From a virus (taxonomy: Duplodnaviria; Caudoviricetes), in the IMG/VR virus record IMGVR_UViG_3300034420_000030, positions 1 through 60,062 of that record: a stretch of 60,062 bases of DNA. One strand, 5' to 3'. Shown here one piece after another: positions 33,974 to 44,051 of this stretch (positions within the stretch are counted from its first letter, which is position 1; each line of letters begins with the position of its first letter). The notes under the pieces are model-generated. The model did no database searches and was not told where the DNA came from. It saw only the letters and a list, made by a program, of their open reading frames with translations. The translations under genes and the position numbers were made by a program.

Positions 33974-35429
33974 ATACTCGTTCCCTGGCTATCGTCCAGC
34001 GCCTCACCATGAACTGATTGCTGACACACTTGATGCCGTCGCTCGCGGAGAGAAAAAGCGCGTCATGATCTTCATGCCGCCGCGAGCTGGTAAGAGTGAA
34101 TTGGCTTCAAAGCGGTTCCCGGCTTTTTTCCTGGGGGCCAATCCGACCAAGAACATCATAGCTGCGAGCTACAATAGCGATCTGGCGGCAGACTTTGGCC
34201 GGGAAGTGCGCGGTATCGTTGATACTTCTCGCTACAAGACGCTGTTCGATGTCACGCTCTCTGCTGATAGCAAGGCGGCCAATCGATGGCATACGTCGAA
34301 ACGCGGAATGTATGTGGCGGCCGGCGTCGGAACGGCGGTCACTGGGCGCGGAGCCCACGTTCTGTTGATAGATGATCCTCTGAAGGATCGGGCAGAAGCT
34401 GACAGCGAAGTCATTCGCGAGAAAGTTTGGCGTTGGTACACCTCAACGGCTTACACGCGGCTTGAGAGTGATATCGATCAGCAAGAAATTCTTGAGGACG
34501 ATTGGCTTTGGCGTGAGTTTCAAGCCGATATACATGCCGGCAAGGTCGATCGGTTCGAGGGCGCCATCGTTTTGGTAATGACACGATGGCATGAAGCTGA
34601 CCTGGGCGGGCGTCTCCTGAAGCAACAGGACGAAGGCGGGGAGCAGTGGGAGCTTCTAGAGCTTCCAGCCATCAGCATCGACGCTGAAGGCAATGAGAAG
34701 GCATTGTGGCCTCAGAAATACCCGCTCTCTCGCTTGTACGCAATCAGATCCGTCATTGGCTCACGTGACTGGTCAGCGCTCTATCAGCAAAAGCCAGCAC
34801 CAGACGAGGGGCTCTACTTCAAACGCGAAATGATGCGCTTCTATGTTGAGAAGCCAAAGCATCTGCGCGTCTATGGGGCATCGGACTATGCCGTCAAGGC
34901 CGATGATGGCGATTATACGGTGCACGCGGTCGTCGGCATCGATCCCGATGACAATCTTTATATCCTGGATATTTGGCGCAAGCAAACGGAGTCTAACATC
35001 TGGGTCGATGCGTTCTGCGATCTTGTCGCCAAGCACAAGCCATTGATGTGGGCTGAGGAGGATGGCCAGATCAAGAAGTCGATCGGCCCATTCCTGGAAA
35101 AGCGTATGCGCGAGCTAAAGACCTATTGCGCCAGGGAGCAGTTCGTCAGCGTCGCCGATAAGCCAACTCGGGCCAGAAGCTTTCAAGCCAGGATGGCCAT
35201 GGGCAAAGTTTACTTCCCGACACAGTCGCCTTGGCTTGCAGAGCTTGAGAGCGAGATGTTCACCTTCCCCGCTGGCGTTCACGACGATCAGGTCGATGCA
35301 CTTGGCTTGATCGGACGCCTTCTCGATACCATGGTCGCGGCGCATGTTCCCGTGGCCGAAGTCCCGAACAACCTTAAGGATTATGGGTCGCATGACCAAG
35401 ACGAGTTTGACGGCTCACGAGTGGCCTAG
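33873..35429 (+). CDS. terL: Terminase large subunit
   Basis: MPPRAGKS, TGRGAHVLLIDDP, TRWH..DL, FP.G.HDDQVDA. Confidence 0.96.
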   Translation: MSLQTRTSSISPEEAAAELLRRRLARRGLLAFTRYSFPGYRPAPHHELIADTLDAVARGEKKRVMIFMPPRAGKSELASKRFPAFFLGANPTKNIIAASYNSDLAADFGREVRGIVDTSRYKTLFDVTLSADSKAANRWHTSKRGMYVAAGVGTAVTGRGAHVLLIDDPLKDRAEADSEVIREKVWRWYTSTAYTRLESDIDQQEILEDDWLWREFQADIHAGKVDRFEGAIVLVMTRWHEADLGGRLLKQQDEGGEQWELLELPAISIDAEGNEKALWPQKYPLSRLYAIRSVIGSRDWSALYQQKPAPDEGLYFKREMMRFYVEKPKHLRVYGASDYAVKADDGDYTVHAVVGIDPDDNLYILDIWRKQTESNIWVDAFCDLVAKHKPLMWAEEDGQIKKSIGPFLEKRMRELKTYCAREQFVSVADKPTRARSFQARMAMGKVYFPTQSPWLAELESEMFTFPAGVHDDQVDALGLIGRLLDTMVAAHVPVAEVPNNLKDYGSHDQDEFDGSRVA

Positions 35430-37580
35430 ATGATGCAGGCCCAAGGCTATTCTCAGCCGATGGCGCCGAGTTATGGCGGCGACAAGTCCCCGGAAGATCT
35501 GATGATGGCGCAACAGACGGCGCTACAATCAGGAACCGTGCCTATCGAGGCGATCCCTCAGCAAAGCCAACAGCTCGCCAAACGCCAAAGCTCTGAGATC
35601 CTGGACCGCTATTATCAGGCATGGGAAAGCGCCAAGTTCGACGAGAACGAGGAAGCCTACAAGGCGTCACGCTACTATCACAACAAGCAGTGGACTGACG
35701 CCGAGATTAAGGAGCTTCGCCGCCGCCGTCAACCGATTACCACCAAGAACCGCATCAAGCGCAAGGTTGACTTCCTGGTCGGCATCGAGCAGCGGTTAAG
35801 GCGCGATCCCAAATGCTATCCTCGCACGCCAGCGGCAGAAAAGGCAGCGGAGATTTCGACGGCGTGCCTACGCTCGGTTGAAGATGAGACAAAATGGCAG
35901 GCGATCGCATCGGCAGCGACCAAAGACGCGCTCATTCGTGGTGTTGGAGTGATCTGGTCTGGCGCTCAGCTTGTTCGCGGCAAGGCCGAAGTTAAGAAGC
36001 ATCACGTTCCCTCCGACCGTTTCTTCTATGATCCATGTTCGGAAGCCTGGGACTTCCGCGATACTCGCTATCTTGGCGAATGGCAATGGGTGGACATGGA
36101 TGAAGCCATCGAGATCTTGCCCTTTTCCGCCGAGACCATCGAGACGTTCGGCGCATCCGCTCATGATGGCGCGCTTTCGACGCTGCCGCAAGAGTTCGCC
36201 AAGTCGCAGAACTGGCAGAACTGGGTTGACATTAAAAGGCGGATGCTCCGCATCACCTATATATGGTACAAATACTGCGGCAATTGGATGTTCGACTATC
36301 TGGTCGGCCCGATTTCGCTGTGTCCGCAAGACTACGACTGCCTGTCGCCCTATCACGATGAAGACGGCATCACCGAGCATCCATATCTAGCTTGGTCGCC
36401 CTATATCGACGAGAGCGGCAACCGCTACGGCGTCGTCCGCGACATGATCCCGATCCAGGACGAGATCAACAAGCGCACCAGCAAAATGCTGTATATGCTC
36501 TCGGTTCGTCAGACCATGGGCATGGCCGGCGCGGTCGCCGATATCGAGAAGATGAAGCTGGAGCTGGCCAAGCCTGACGGCCATGTCGAGCTGACGGGAA
36601 CGCCAGATCAAAATGGCTTTTCGATCATCGACCAGTCTCAGCAGACGCAAGGCCAATTCGAGCTGCTGCAGGAAGCCAAGGCCGAAATCGAGAACCTTGG
36701 CCCAAACCCTGGCCTGATCGGTCGCGGCGTCGAAGGACAATCCGGCCGGGCCATTCTTGCCCAGCAGAACAGCGGCATGACCGAACTGTCGCCGGTGTTC
36801 GAGAACCTGCGCGAGTGGAAGCTGTCAACCTATCATAGGGATTGGCGCTTGCTGCGTCAATTCTGGACGGGCGAACGCTACATTCGCGTCACATCCGATC
36901 CGAAGGCTGTTGAGTTTCTGCACATCAACCGGATTGTCGAAGACCCGATTACCGGGCAAGTGCGGATAGAGAACGCTCTTGCCGAGATGGATGTCGATGT
37001 TATCCTCGATGAAGGCCCCGACACCGTCACTATGCGCGAGGAGCTGATGGAGCAGCTTGCGCAGCTTGGTCCGGGCGTCGTGCCGCCGGAACTGTTGATC
37101 GAGATGTCGAACATCTCTGAGAAAGACATGCTGCTGAAGCGGCTGCAAGAAGCCAAGGCCCCGCCGCCGGAGCTTCTTGATTTGCAAGACAAGATGGCCA
37201 AGCTTGAGATGGCTTTGAACGCCTCGAAGATCGATGAGAGCGTTTCCAAGGTTGAGAATACGCGCGCCCAGACCATGAAGGTGCTTGGTGAGGCTGGTAT
37301 GGTTGGCGTTCCGCCGGCATTGATGCCTCGGATTTTCCCGGTAAGCTATCGTGAGCCGACGTTCCTGGATCAAATTCAAGCGGCGGCAACCGAGATCGAC
37401 GCGCAGATGGGGCAACCACAGGGCGAAGACAATCCTCTGATGGCTGGCCCTGATGGCTCGCCTGAAGCCGCGCCTAACGCTCTGATGGGTCAGCAGGGGC
37501 CAATGGCGCTTCCTGGCCAGGAGCCACAATTGAACCAACTCGGAGGGCTTCCGCTTGGCCCTGGTGTTGGGCCTCAATAA
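35430..37580 (+). CDS. Portal protein (P22-like)
   Basis: YY..KQW......L..R.QP....N.I, YGVVR.M...QDEINKR.SK, SGRAI..QQ..G. Confidence 0.93.
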   Translation: MMQAQGYSQPMAPSYGGDKSPEDLMMAQQTALQSGTVPIEAIPQQSQQLAKRQSSEILDRYYQAWESAKFDENEEAYKASRYYHNKQWTDAEIKELRRRRQPITTKNRIKRKVDFLVGIEQRLRRDPKCYPRTPAAEKAAEISTACLRSVEDETKWQAIASAATKDALIRGVGVIWSGAQLVRGKAEVKKHHVPSDRFFYDPCSEAWDFRDTRYLGEWQWVDMDEAIEILPFSAETIETFGASAHDGALSTLPQEFAKSQNWQNWVDIKRRMLRITYIWYKYCGNWMFDYLVGPISLCPQDYDCLSPYHDEDGITEHPYLAWSPYIDESGNRYGVVRDMIPIQDEINKRTSKMLYMLSVRQTMGMAGAVADIEKMKLELAKPDGHVELTGTPDQNGFSIIDQSQQTQGQFELLQEAKAEIENLGPNPGLIGRGVEGQSGRAILAQQNSGMTELSPVFENLREWKLSTYHRDWRLLRQFWTGERYIRVTSDPKAVEFLHINRIVEDPITGQVRIENALAEMDVDVILDEGPDTVTMREELMEQLAQLGPGVVPPELLIEMSNISEKDMLLKRLQEAKAPPPELLDLQDKMAKLEMALNASKIDESVSKVENTRAQTMKVLGEAGMVGVPPALMPRIFPVSYREPTFLDQIQAAATEIDAQMGQPQGEDNPLMAGPDGSPEAAPNALMGQQGPMALPGQEPQLNQLGGLPLGPGVGPQ

Positions 37581-37705
37581 GTTATGGAATTTAGTAATTC
37601 TCGCTTAAGAGCTGCTGACAGATTTGTAGATCTAGCACCAAAACGCATCCTTTTTCGTATGTCGTCCCAGTAATCACTGCTTTCTTTGTAGCCAGGATAG
37701 CTCAT
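37574..37705 (-). CDS. Possible 43-aa antisense moron peptide
   Basis: MSYPGYKESSDYWDDIRKRM... in AT-rich gap. Confidence 0.3.
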   Translation of the reverse strand: MSYPGYKESSDYWDDIRKRMRFGARSTNLSAALKRELLNSITY

Positions 37706-37739
37706 CTTTTTGAGCCTAGTTGAGTTTGCGTCTTAAGCC

Positions 37740-37772
37740 AAGCCAATCCTTCGCCAGGGATTGGCTTTTTTG
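37740..37772 (+). terminator. Intrinsic terminator
   Basis: AAGCCAATCC...GGATTGGCTT plus T-run. Confidence 0.75.
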
Positions 37773-37906
37773 TTGGCGTTATGGCGTTTCGGTTCGCTCA
37801 CGATACGGGCGGTTCGGCGTGATAGCCACGATACGGCATTCGGTTTGCGCAAGGTCCGGTAATCCTGCGGTTCGTCCCCATCCATACGATAATTGGAGAA
37901 TAGCTA

Positions 37907-38710
37907 ATGGTCACCAACGGTGAGCAGACAACGACTATGGACAATCTGATGGCGAATGCGTTCGGCCATGAAGCGGAACCTGCCGCAGCGCCAGCAATGG
38001 CCACTGAGCAGCCCCTTCCGCCAGATGTCGATGGTTTGGTTCAACCGCAACCCGCAGATGCAGCCCCGGCTGCGCTCACGCAGGCCCCGGAACCTGCCGC
38101 AGCGCCGCCTCAGCCGCACATGGTACCCCTTAGCGAGCTGCTAGAGACCCGCAAGCGTGCGCAGTTTGCCGAAGATGCAGCCCAGCGCGAAGCCGAGCGG
38201 GTTCGGCAATATGAGGAACAGCTACGCCGGCTTACCCAGCCTCAGCGTCCGCAACCCCAGCCTATCGACCCTGAGATCGATCCGGTTGGCGCCTATCACG
38301 CGCTCCGGAACGAGATGCAGGAGACCTTTCAGACACACGCCATTTCCCTGTCGAGGTCAAAAGCCATCGATAAATATGGCGAGGCCGAAGTCATGGCCGC
38401 AGCCAATGCGGCGCATGCGGTTGGCTTGGCGAATGTTTTTGCCACGCGCGCCGATCCATTCGCCGAGGTCATGAGATGGCATCAGGCTGAAAAACTCAGA
38501 ACGACCATCGGTTCAGATCCGACCGCCTATCGCGCTCAGATCGAAGCCGAAGTTCGGGCCAAGATTATTGCGGAAATGAAGCAGGGCACGCCGCCGCCGG
38601 CAAACCTCACCACCCCCTTGTCGGCTGCGACCCGCGTTAATAACGGCGCTCCGGTCATCCAGTCCGATGAGGATTTCTTCAAAAACATGATGAACCGAAA
38701 AAGGGCCTAA
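37907..38710 (+). CDS. Scaffolding protein
   Basis: Position; MVPLSEL.E.RKR, coiled coil, IG.DP.AY. Confidence 0.85.
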   Translation: MVTNGEQTTTMDNLMANAFGHEAEPAAAPAMATEQPLPPDVDGLVQPQPADAAPAALTQAPEPAAAPPQPHMVPLSELLETRKRAQFAEDAAQREAERVRQYEEQLRRLTQPQRPQPQPIDPEIDPVGAYHALRNEMQETFQTHAISLSRSKAIDKYGEAEVMAAANAAHAVGLANVFATRADPFAEVMRWHQAEKLRTTIGSDPTAYRAQIEAEVRAKIIAEMKQGTPPPANLTTPLSAATRVNNGAPVIQSDEDFFKNMMNRKRA

Positions 38711-38713
38711 TCT

Positions 38714-39892
38714 ATGGCTACGACTACAACTCCTTCCGATCGGATTGAGATCCAGTATCGGCGAAAGGTGTGGAGCGAATATGTCCGCACCTCTGGTTTT
38801 AAGCCTTACATGGGTGCGGGCGACGAGGGCATGACCTCGATCATCCACACTGCAATGGAACCGACCAAGGGCGGCAAGACGCTGACCATTCCGCTGGTGT
38901 CCTCACTCAAAAACGGCGGCGTGCGCGGCAATACCCGTCTCTCCGGCGCAGAAGAGAAGATCGGCAAGCACACATTCAGCATCGGCGTGCAGATCGCCCG
39001 CTCTGGTGTTGAGCTTTCCGAGCAGGACGAGCATTATGACTTCGCCAAGTCGGTTGACCTGTCTCGGCCACTGTTGCAGGAATGGGGCCGCAGCTTGACC
39101 CGCGACCGCGTCGTTGATTCGCTTGGAGCAGTCGCTTACTCGACCTCCAATGCGCCACAGGTCTCGACGTTCTTCACGCCGCGCAACGATGTCGAAAACG
39201 TCATCTCCAATGCGACCCAGAACAATGCCTGGGTTGTGGCAAACTCTGACCGCGTGCTGTTTGGCAAACTGCTGAGCAACTATTCGGCGACCTTCGCAAC
39301 GGCTTTGGCCAATGTGGACGCAACCGACGACAAGCTGACCTGTGCGGTCATTTCGTTGCTGAAAGAGCGAGCGCTCGACACGGCAACCAACGCCAAGGTA
39401 ACCGGCGCACCGGCCATTCGCCCGGTGATCGACCAATACAGCGAATCCGGCCGTGAGTATTTCGTCCTGTTCGCCGGTCAGCGTGCCTTCCGCGATCTGA
39501 AGAACGATCCGGTTATGATGCAGGCCAACCGCGACGGTCGTGCTCGCGAAGGCAGTGGCATGGATAAGAACCCGATCTTCCAGGACGGCGATCTCATATG
39601 GGACGGAATCATAATTCGTCAGATCCCGGAAATTCCGGTTCTGCCTGGTGTCGGCAATGGCGGCATCGACGTTGCTCCGGTGTTTCTGGTTGGCTGCCAG
39701 GCGGTCTGTCTTGCCTGGGGATCAATGCCTGACTTCCGCAAGAAGGGCGAGGACGATTACGGGCACTTCACCGGCATTGCTATCACCGAAATGGCTGGAG
39801 CAAGTAAAATCGTCCGCAAGGATGGTGAGAGCGGCGCTCTGATTGACAATGCTATTGTAACTGGATTCGTGGCCGGGGTAGCTTCCGCGTAA
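38714..39892 (+). CDS. Major capsid protein (DUF4043/N4-gp56-like)
   Basis: F.PYMG...G.TLTIPLV..L...GV.G...L.G.EE; NPIF..G...WDGIII. Confidence 0.9.
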   Translation: MATTTTPSDRIEIQYRRKVWSEYVRTSGFKPYMGAGDEGMTSIIHTAMEPTKGGKTLTIPLVSSLKNGGVRGNTRLSGAEEKIGKHTFSIGVQIARSGVELSEQDEHYDFAKSVDLSRPLLQEWGRSLTRDRVVDSLGAVAYSTSNAPQVSTFFTPRNDVENVISNATQNNAWVVANSDRVLFGKLLSNYSATFATALANVDATDDKLTCAVISLLKERALDTATNAKVTGAPAIRPVIDQYSESGREYFVLFAGQRAFRDLKNDPVMMQANRDGRAREGSGMDKNPIFQDGDLIWDGIIIRQIPEIPVLPGVGNGGIDVAPVFLVGCQAVCLAWGSMPDFRKKGEDDYGHFTGIAITEMAGASKIVRKDGESGALIDNAIVTGFVAGVASA

Positions 39893-39916
39893 TTGGGCTA
39901 GGAAAGGAATAGAACT

Positions 39917-40369
39917 ATGGCTACTTATGAGACTTCCAAGTCCAAGAACAAAAGCGGCGTCGGCCACGGCTGGAACCGCCAAGTTATTGAGGACTTTGTT
40001 TGCGTCGCAATGACGACGGCAATGCTCGATAATGCCAATGACGATGTTGGACTGCTTTGGCTTCCGGCGGGGGCGATCGTCCTCGGCGCGTCGGTCAAAG
40101 CCACCGACATGGACAGTGGCGCGGCTCTGCTCATCGACATCGGCGATAGCGCTGACGAGGACCGTATTTTTGCGGCGGTGAACGCTCAGGCGGCCGTCTT
40201 CTCGAATACGATCGCCTCGACAGGCTATCAATGGAAAACCACGGCTGCAACGCAGATCCGGGCTTACATCAACACGGCGGCGGGTACGGCGGTAGCAGGA
40301 ACGCTGTGCTTCTCAATTCGCTATGTAATCGATCCTGACTATGTGACCACTGCGCTGGTTGCGGCGTAA
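39917..40369 (+). CDS. Capsid cement/decoration protein
   Basis: Follows MCP; LPAGAIV......D.DSG.....DIGD..D.DR. Confidence 0.75.
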   Translation: MATYETSKSKNKSGVGHGWNRQVIEDFVCVAMTTAMLDNANDDVGLLWLPAGAIVLGASVKATDMDSGAALLIDIGDSADEDRIFAAVNAQAAVFSNTIASTGYQWKTTAATQIRAYINTAAGTAVAGTLCFSIRYVIDPDYVTTALVAA

Positions 40370-40419
40370 GGATAAGAGGCCGTCCTCGTGGCGGCCTCAC
40401 CCAAACAGGTGAGAAACTT

Positions 40420-40734
40420 ATGAAGTTCCGATACATTGGCGATTACCCTGCCGGGGCCGATTATCTCGATGTCTATGGCGTTCGGTTCACGCAAGGGGCA
40501 GTTCTCGACGTCCCGGCTCAATTTGAGCGCAAGTTTCTCGGCAACCGCTTCTTTGTCCGCGAGGATGAGGATTGCGTGCCCGAAATCCAGCCCGACACGA
40601 CTGAAGATGGACAAACTCTCGACAAGGCGGCCCTGCTCGCCCGAGCCGAAGAGCTTGGCGTCGAGGTTGACAAGCGCTGGGGGGCGAAGCGCCTGACCGA
40701 GGAAATCGAAAAAGCTTCTGACGATAAGGGTTAA
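40420..40734 (+). CDS. Small protein with C-terminal HeH-type domain
   Basis: L.ARAEELGVEVDKRWG...L..EI. Confidence 0.75.
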   Translation: MKFRYIGDYPAGADYLDVYGVRFTQGAVLDVPAQFERKFLGNRFFVREDEDCVPEIQPDTTEDGQTLDKAALLARAEELGVEVDKRWGAKRLTEEIEKASDDKG

Positions 40735-40736
40735 CG

Positions 40737-40985
40737 ATGGCCAATCTCTCCTACCAGGTCAACAAGAATATCAACTCGGCGATCAAAGGCGTTGCCATCG
40801 TTGCCGATACGCCATTTTCGCCGTGCATAGCGGTGAATTGCGCCACGGCTGGAGCGAGCACTGTTACATGGCTCGACGATACGACCTCAAGCCTGTATTT
40901 CATCCAGGGCTATAACCCCGTCCAGATCAAGAATGTGGCCGGAGGCGGCGCTGCTGCAGGCCTTATCGCGCTATACAACACCTAA
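40737..40985 (+). CDS. Head-spike base protein (RcGTA Rcc01079-like)
   Basis: 82 aa; AV....AG...V...D......F..G..PVQIK.V.......LIALY pattern. Confidence 0.7.
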   Translation: MANLSYQVNKNINSAIKGVAIVADTPFSPCIAVNCATAGASTVTWLDDTTSSLYFIQGYNPVQIKNVAGGGAAAGLIALYNT

Positions 40986-40988
40986 CCA

Positions 40989-41732
40989 ATGGCATCCATT
41001 GCCAAGACCGATGAGCGAACCAGTAACAGCTCTCTTGGCTCTTATCCGTTCGCAGGATGCGCCATCGGGACCGGCAATGGCAATCGCACGATTTTCGCCT
41101 GTTCATTTGTACGCAATACCGCCAATGGCGTGACGATCCCCGGCATTACAGCGGATGGTCAGGCCATGACGGTTGTGGGGACGATCACCGCCAATAGTAC
41201 CGCAAACGGCTCGTCTTGCATTGCGTTTTACCGGATCAAAGCGTCAGCCTTTGGCAATCCCAATGCCAGCGCCGTCGATATGACGGTGACGCCGTCATCA
41301 ACGTGTCTGCGGTGTGCGCTGGTGGTTAGAATGACCAGCGATGATATCGAAACGGCGGCATTTGATCTTGCCAGCGACAAGAACGATGTCACAGGGGGAT
41401 CGCCGCAGACATTGACCTTGGATCTGGATGTTCCAGCCGGCGGGATTGTGCTTGGCTTGGCCGAGGGAACGCAATTGACGGGCTCTGGCGGCACGATTGC
41501 CTGGTCTGGTCTGACCGGTGATACGGGCGGCACGGTCGGCACAACGGTCTACAAGGGCGCGGATGCTTCGAATGTGCTGTCGGCAACGCCGCGCGCGGTA
41601 TCGGCAACACTAACGTTTCCGGCCAATATCGTGGCTCCGGCTGGCTTGGTTGTGGCGTTTGCGCCCATCATTGCGCCAATTGTCGGCGGTTATGGCTCTG
41701 GCCTTTCTCTTTCCATGGGACTTCATCTCTAA
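40989..41732 (+). CDS. Head-fibre-like protein with C-terminal GLSLSMGLHL
   Basis: Directly after spike base; small-residue-rich beta protein. Confidence 0.75.
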   Translation: MASIAKTDERTSNSSLGSYPFAGCAIGTGNGNRTIFACSFVRNTANGVTIPGITADGQAMTVVGTITANSTANGSSCIAFYRIKASAFGNPNASAVDMTVTPSSTCLRCALVVRMTSDDIETAAFDLASDKNDVTGGSPQTLTLDLDVPAGGIVLGLAEGTQLTGSGGTIAWSGLTGDTGGTVGTTVYKGADASNVLSATPRAVSATLTFPANIVAPAGLVVAFAPIIAPIVGGYGSGLSLSMGLHL

Positions 41733-41890
41733 TGCTTGGCTTTGCCCCCATCGCAGCGCTGCCCCTGGCGACATCTGGCAGTGCATCTAGCGTTTCAACG
41801 GTCACTGGCGTAACGCGCATCATCGCGCGCGGTGGCAAGCGCATCGCGGTCAAGGCTTCGAGCGTCACCATCATTTCGTTCGGAAAATAG
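41732..41890 (+). CDS. 52-aa putative adaptor peptide (not in ORF track)
   Basis: MLGFAPIAALPLATSG...; TAATG-coupled. Confidence 0.7.
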   Translation: MLGFAPIAALPLATSGSASSVSTVTGVTRIIARGGKRIAVKASSVTIISFGK

Positions 41891-41899
41891 AGGACATCA

Positions 41900-42241
41900 A
41901 TGATCGCCCCTGGCTTGATCTATATTGGCGCTCAGCTACGCTTTACGGTACAATTCACCGATAGCGACGGAAACGCGGTAGACCCGGCGAGCGTGGTGTT
42001 TCGGGTGATGTCGCCGTGGGGATCTGAGACCACGCTGACCTATGGCGTCGATGCCGATCTGCAAAGGCTGTCCACCGGTTCTTATACCGCAGATTTCAGC
42101 CCAGGGGAAGCGGGACGCCACGCCTATCGCTGGCAATCGACTGGAACCGGCACAATTGCCGCCAATGAAGGGACATTCTCGGTGCAGTCCTCGCCGTTCT
42201 TCGACCAATCCAATTGGGATTATGGGTGGTGCAGATGGTAA
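41900..42241 (+). CDS. Ig-like virion protein
   Basis: FTD.DGNAVDP..V.F....P.G...TG.Y......AG.H.YRW. Confidence 0.75.
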   Translation: MIAPGLIYIGAQLRFTVQFTDSDGNAVDPASVVFRVMSPWGSETTLTYGVDADLQRLSTGSYTADFSPGEAGRHAYRWQSTGTGTIAANEGTFSVQSSPFFDQSNWDYGWCRW

Positions 42242-42603
42242 CGCACACACGCACCGAACTGGCGCAGCAGGTCATGTTGATCGCGGGTTGGCTTGAAGCT
42301 CAAGAGCAGCCCGACGCCGCCGACGCCGCTTATATCCTAGGCCATTATGACGACCATTTCGACGACTGGACCGTGCGCGAGATCGCCTATTGGGACCGTG
42401 ACGCCATCCCCGGCGAAGCTTTCCGCCATATCGTTCGCATCATAGCCGACGCCGTGGCGCCAGCCTTTGGCGACGAGGCGCTAACCGAAGTCGATGGCGA
42501 AAGCGGCCAGCCCGTCTCCATGGGTAAGAAGGGCTGGAATGGCCTGCGCCGCTTGATCGAGCGCAAGCCGACCGGTCTCCCGACGATGGCCGAGTTTTTC
42601 TGA
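42235..42603 (+). CDS. Head-tail adaptor (P22 gp4-like)
   Basis: Position and helical pattern. Confidence 0.7.
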   Translation: MVTHTRTELAQQVMLIAGWLEAQEQPDAADAAYILGHYDDHFDDWTVREIAYWDRDAIPGEAFRHIVRIIADAVAPAFGDEALTEVDGESGQPVSMGKKGWNGLRRLIERKPTGLPTMAEFF

Positions 42604-42604
42604 A

Positions 42605-44038
42605 ATGGGCGAGCCAGTTCAGATTTCACTTGGCTACCGCACTAACCCCGGTCGTCATCCGCATGTCAGTTCGGCGCAACTGATCAACTGTTTTGCCGAG
42701 CAAGTTGGTGAGGATGCCAAGACGTCGATCGTCATCTATAACACCGAGGGGTTCATAAACTTCGGAGCGGCGCTTGATGGCGGAGGCGAGCGATCCCGCA
42801 TTGTCGTCAACGGTACGCTCTATGTCGTCGTGGGCCGTAATGTCTACGCTGTAACCTCAGCCGGCGCATCAACGCTGATCGGTTCTGTCCCAACCGATGG
42901 GCCTGTCTATATGGCGTCCAATCGCAAGTCGCCGCCGCAAATCGGCATCGTCAGCGATGGCCTCTACTTCGTCATCGACACGACCGCCAATTCGATGACG
43001 GAGATCTTAGACCCGGATTTGCCATCGCCGATCTCGATCTCGTCGCTCGACGGCTACGGCATCATCCCGACCGTCAATGCAACATACATGTTGACCGGTA
43101 TCGATCAATTCGAAGTCATAGACGGCCTGGACGAAGGAACGGTTGAAGCCTACCCGGATGGCATTGTCCGGTCAATGGTGTTGGAGCGCGAGCTTATTCT
43201 GTTCGGCGACGAAAGTATTGAGTGGCATCAGGATACCGGTAACGCCGATTTTCCGTTCGAGCGCGTTCACTCTATTGAGATTGGGTGTTTGTCCGGCCCA
43301 TCGGCAGCCCTTGTTGATACGCCATCCCGAAAGACGATTATCTGGGTGGCGCCGGATCACACGGTAAAACTGATGTCCGGCTATTCGGCGCAAGTGATCT
43401 CGACGCCGGAAATCGAAACTCTGATCAAGGATTTGCACGTTGCCGGCGATATTGGCCAGCTTAAGGGGTTTGGATGGGCCTATGAGGGCCGGTTCTTCTA
43501 TGTGCTGACTTGCGATAGCTGGACGCGCCAATATGACAGCAAGACCAACAATTGGGCAACGCGCAAGAGCTATGGGATTTCCCGCTGGCGTGTCAATGAC
43601 GTGGTGCGGTTTGGCGAAAAGCTCATCGGCTTCGATTACGCCAATGGCCAGATGTATCAGATGGACATGGCCTTTTTCGATGAGGCAGGTTCGCCAAAAG
43701 TGTGCGATGTGATCACGCCTCCAGTACATGCTTTCCCCTATCCGATCAAGGGGCGCGCGCTCTACATCGATGCGGCGACGGGCGTAGGAAAGAATACTGG
43801 ATCAGACTATATCGACGATCCAAAGCTCCTGGTCTCATGGAGCCGGGACGGCGGCATCAGCTACCTCGCGGAACGCGAGCGCTCCCTTGGCCGCACCGCG
43901 CAATATCGTCGCGTCCAGCCAATCTATCGTCTCGGCAGGGCGAGCGATAAAGGTTTCACTTTCCGTTTTCGGCTGTCCGCGCCCGTCGAGCAAGTCATGA
44001 TGCAGGCCGCTCTCGATTTCACCAGACTAAAGCCATAG
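42605..44038 (+). CDS. Tail hub/DNA stabilisation protein (P22 gp10-like)
   Basis: LDGY, E..PD.IV, FG..SIE, SWSRDGG, LG...Y.......RLG. Confidence 0.88.
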   Translation: MGEPVQISLGYRTNPGRHPHVSSAQLINCFAEQVGEDAKTSIVIYNTEGFINFGAALDGGGERSRIVVNGTLYVVVGRNVYAVTSAGASTLIGSVPTDGPVYMASNRKSPPQIGIVSDGLYFVIDTTANSMTEILDPDLPSPISISSLDGYGIIPTVNATYMLTGIDQFEVIDGLDEGTVEAYPDGIVRSMVLERELILFGDESIEWHQDTGNADFPFERVHSIEIGCLSGPSAALVDTPSRKTIIWVAPDHTVKLMSGYSAQVISTPEIETLIKDLHVAGDIGQLKGFGWAYEGRFFYVLTCDSWTRQYDSKTNNWATRKSYGISRWRVNDVVRFGEKLIGFDYANGQMYQMDMAFFDEAGSPKVCDVITPPVHAFPYPIKGRALYIDAATGVGKNTGSDYIDDPKLLVSWSRDGGISYLAERERSLGRTAQYRRVQPIYRLGRASDKGFTFRFRLSAPVEQVMMQAALDFTRLKP

Positions 44039-44051
44039 CGAAGGCAGCTCA

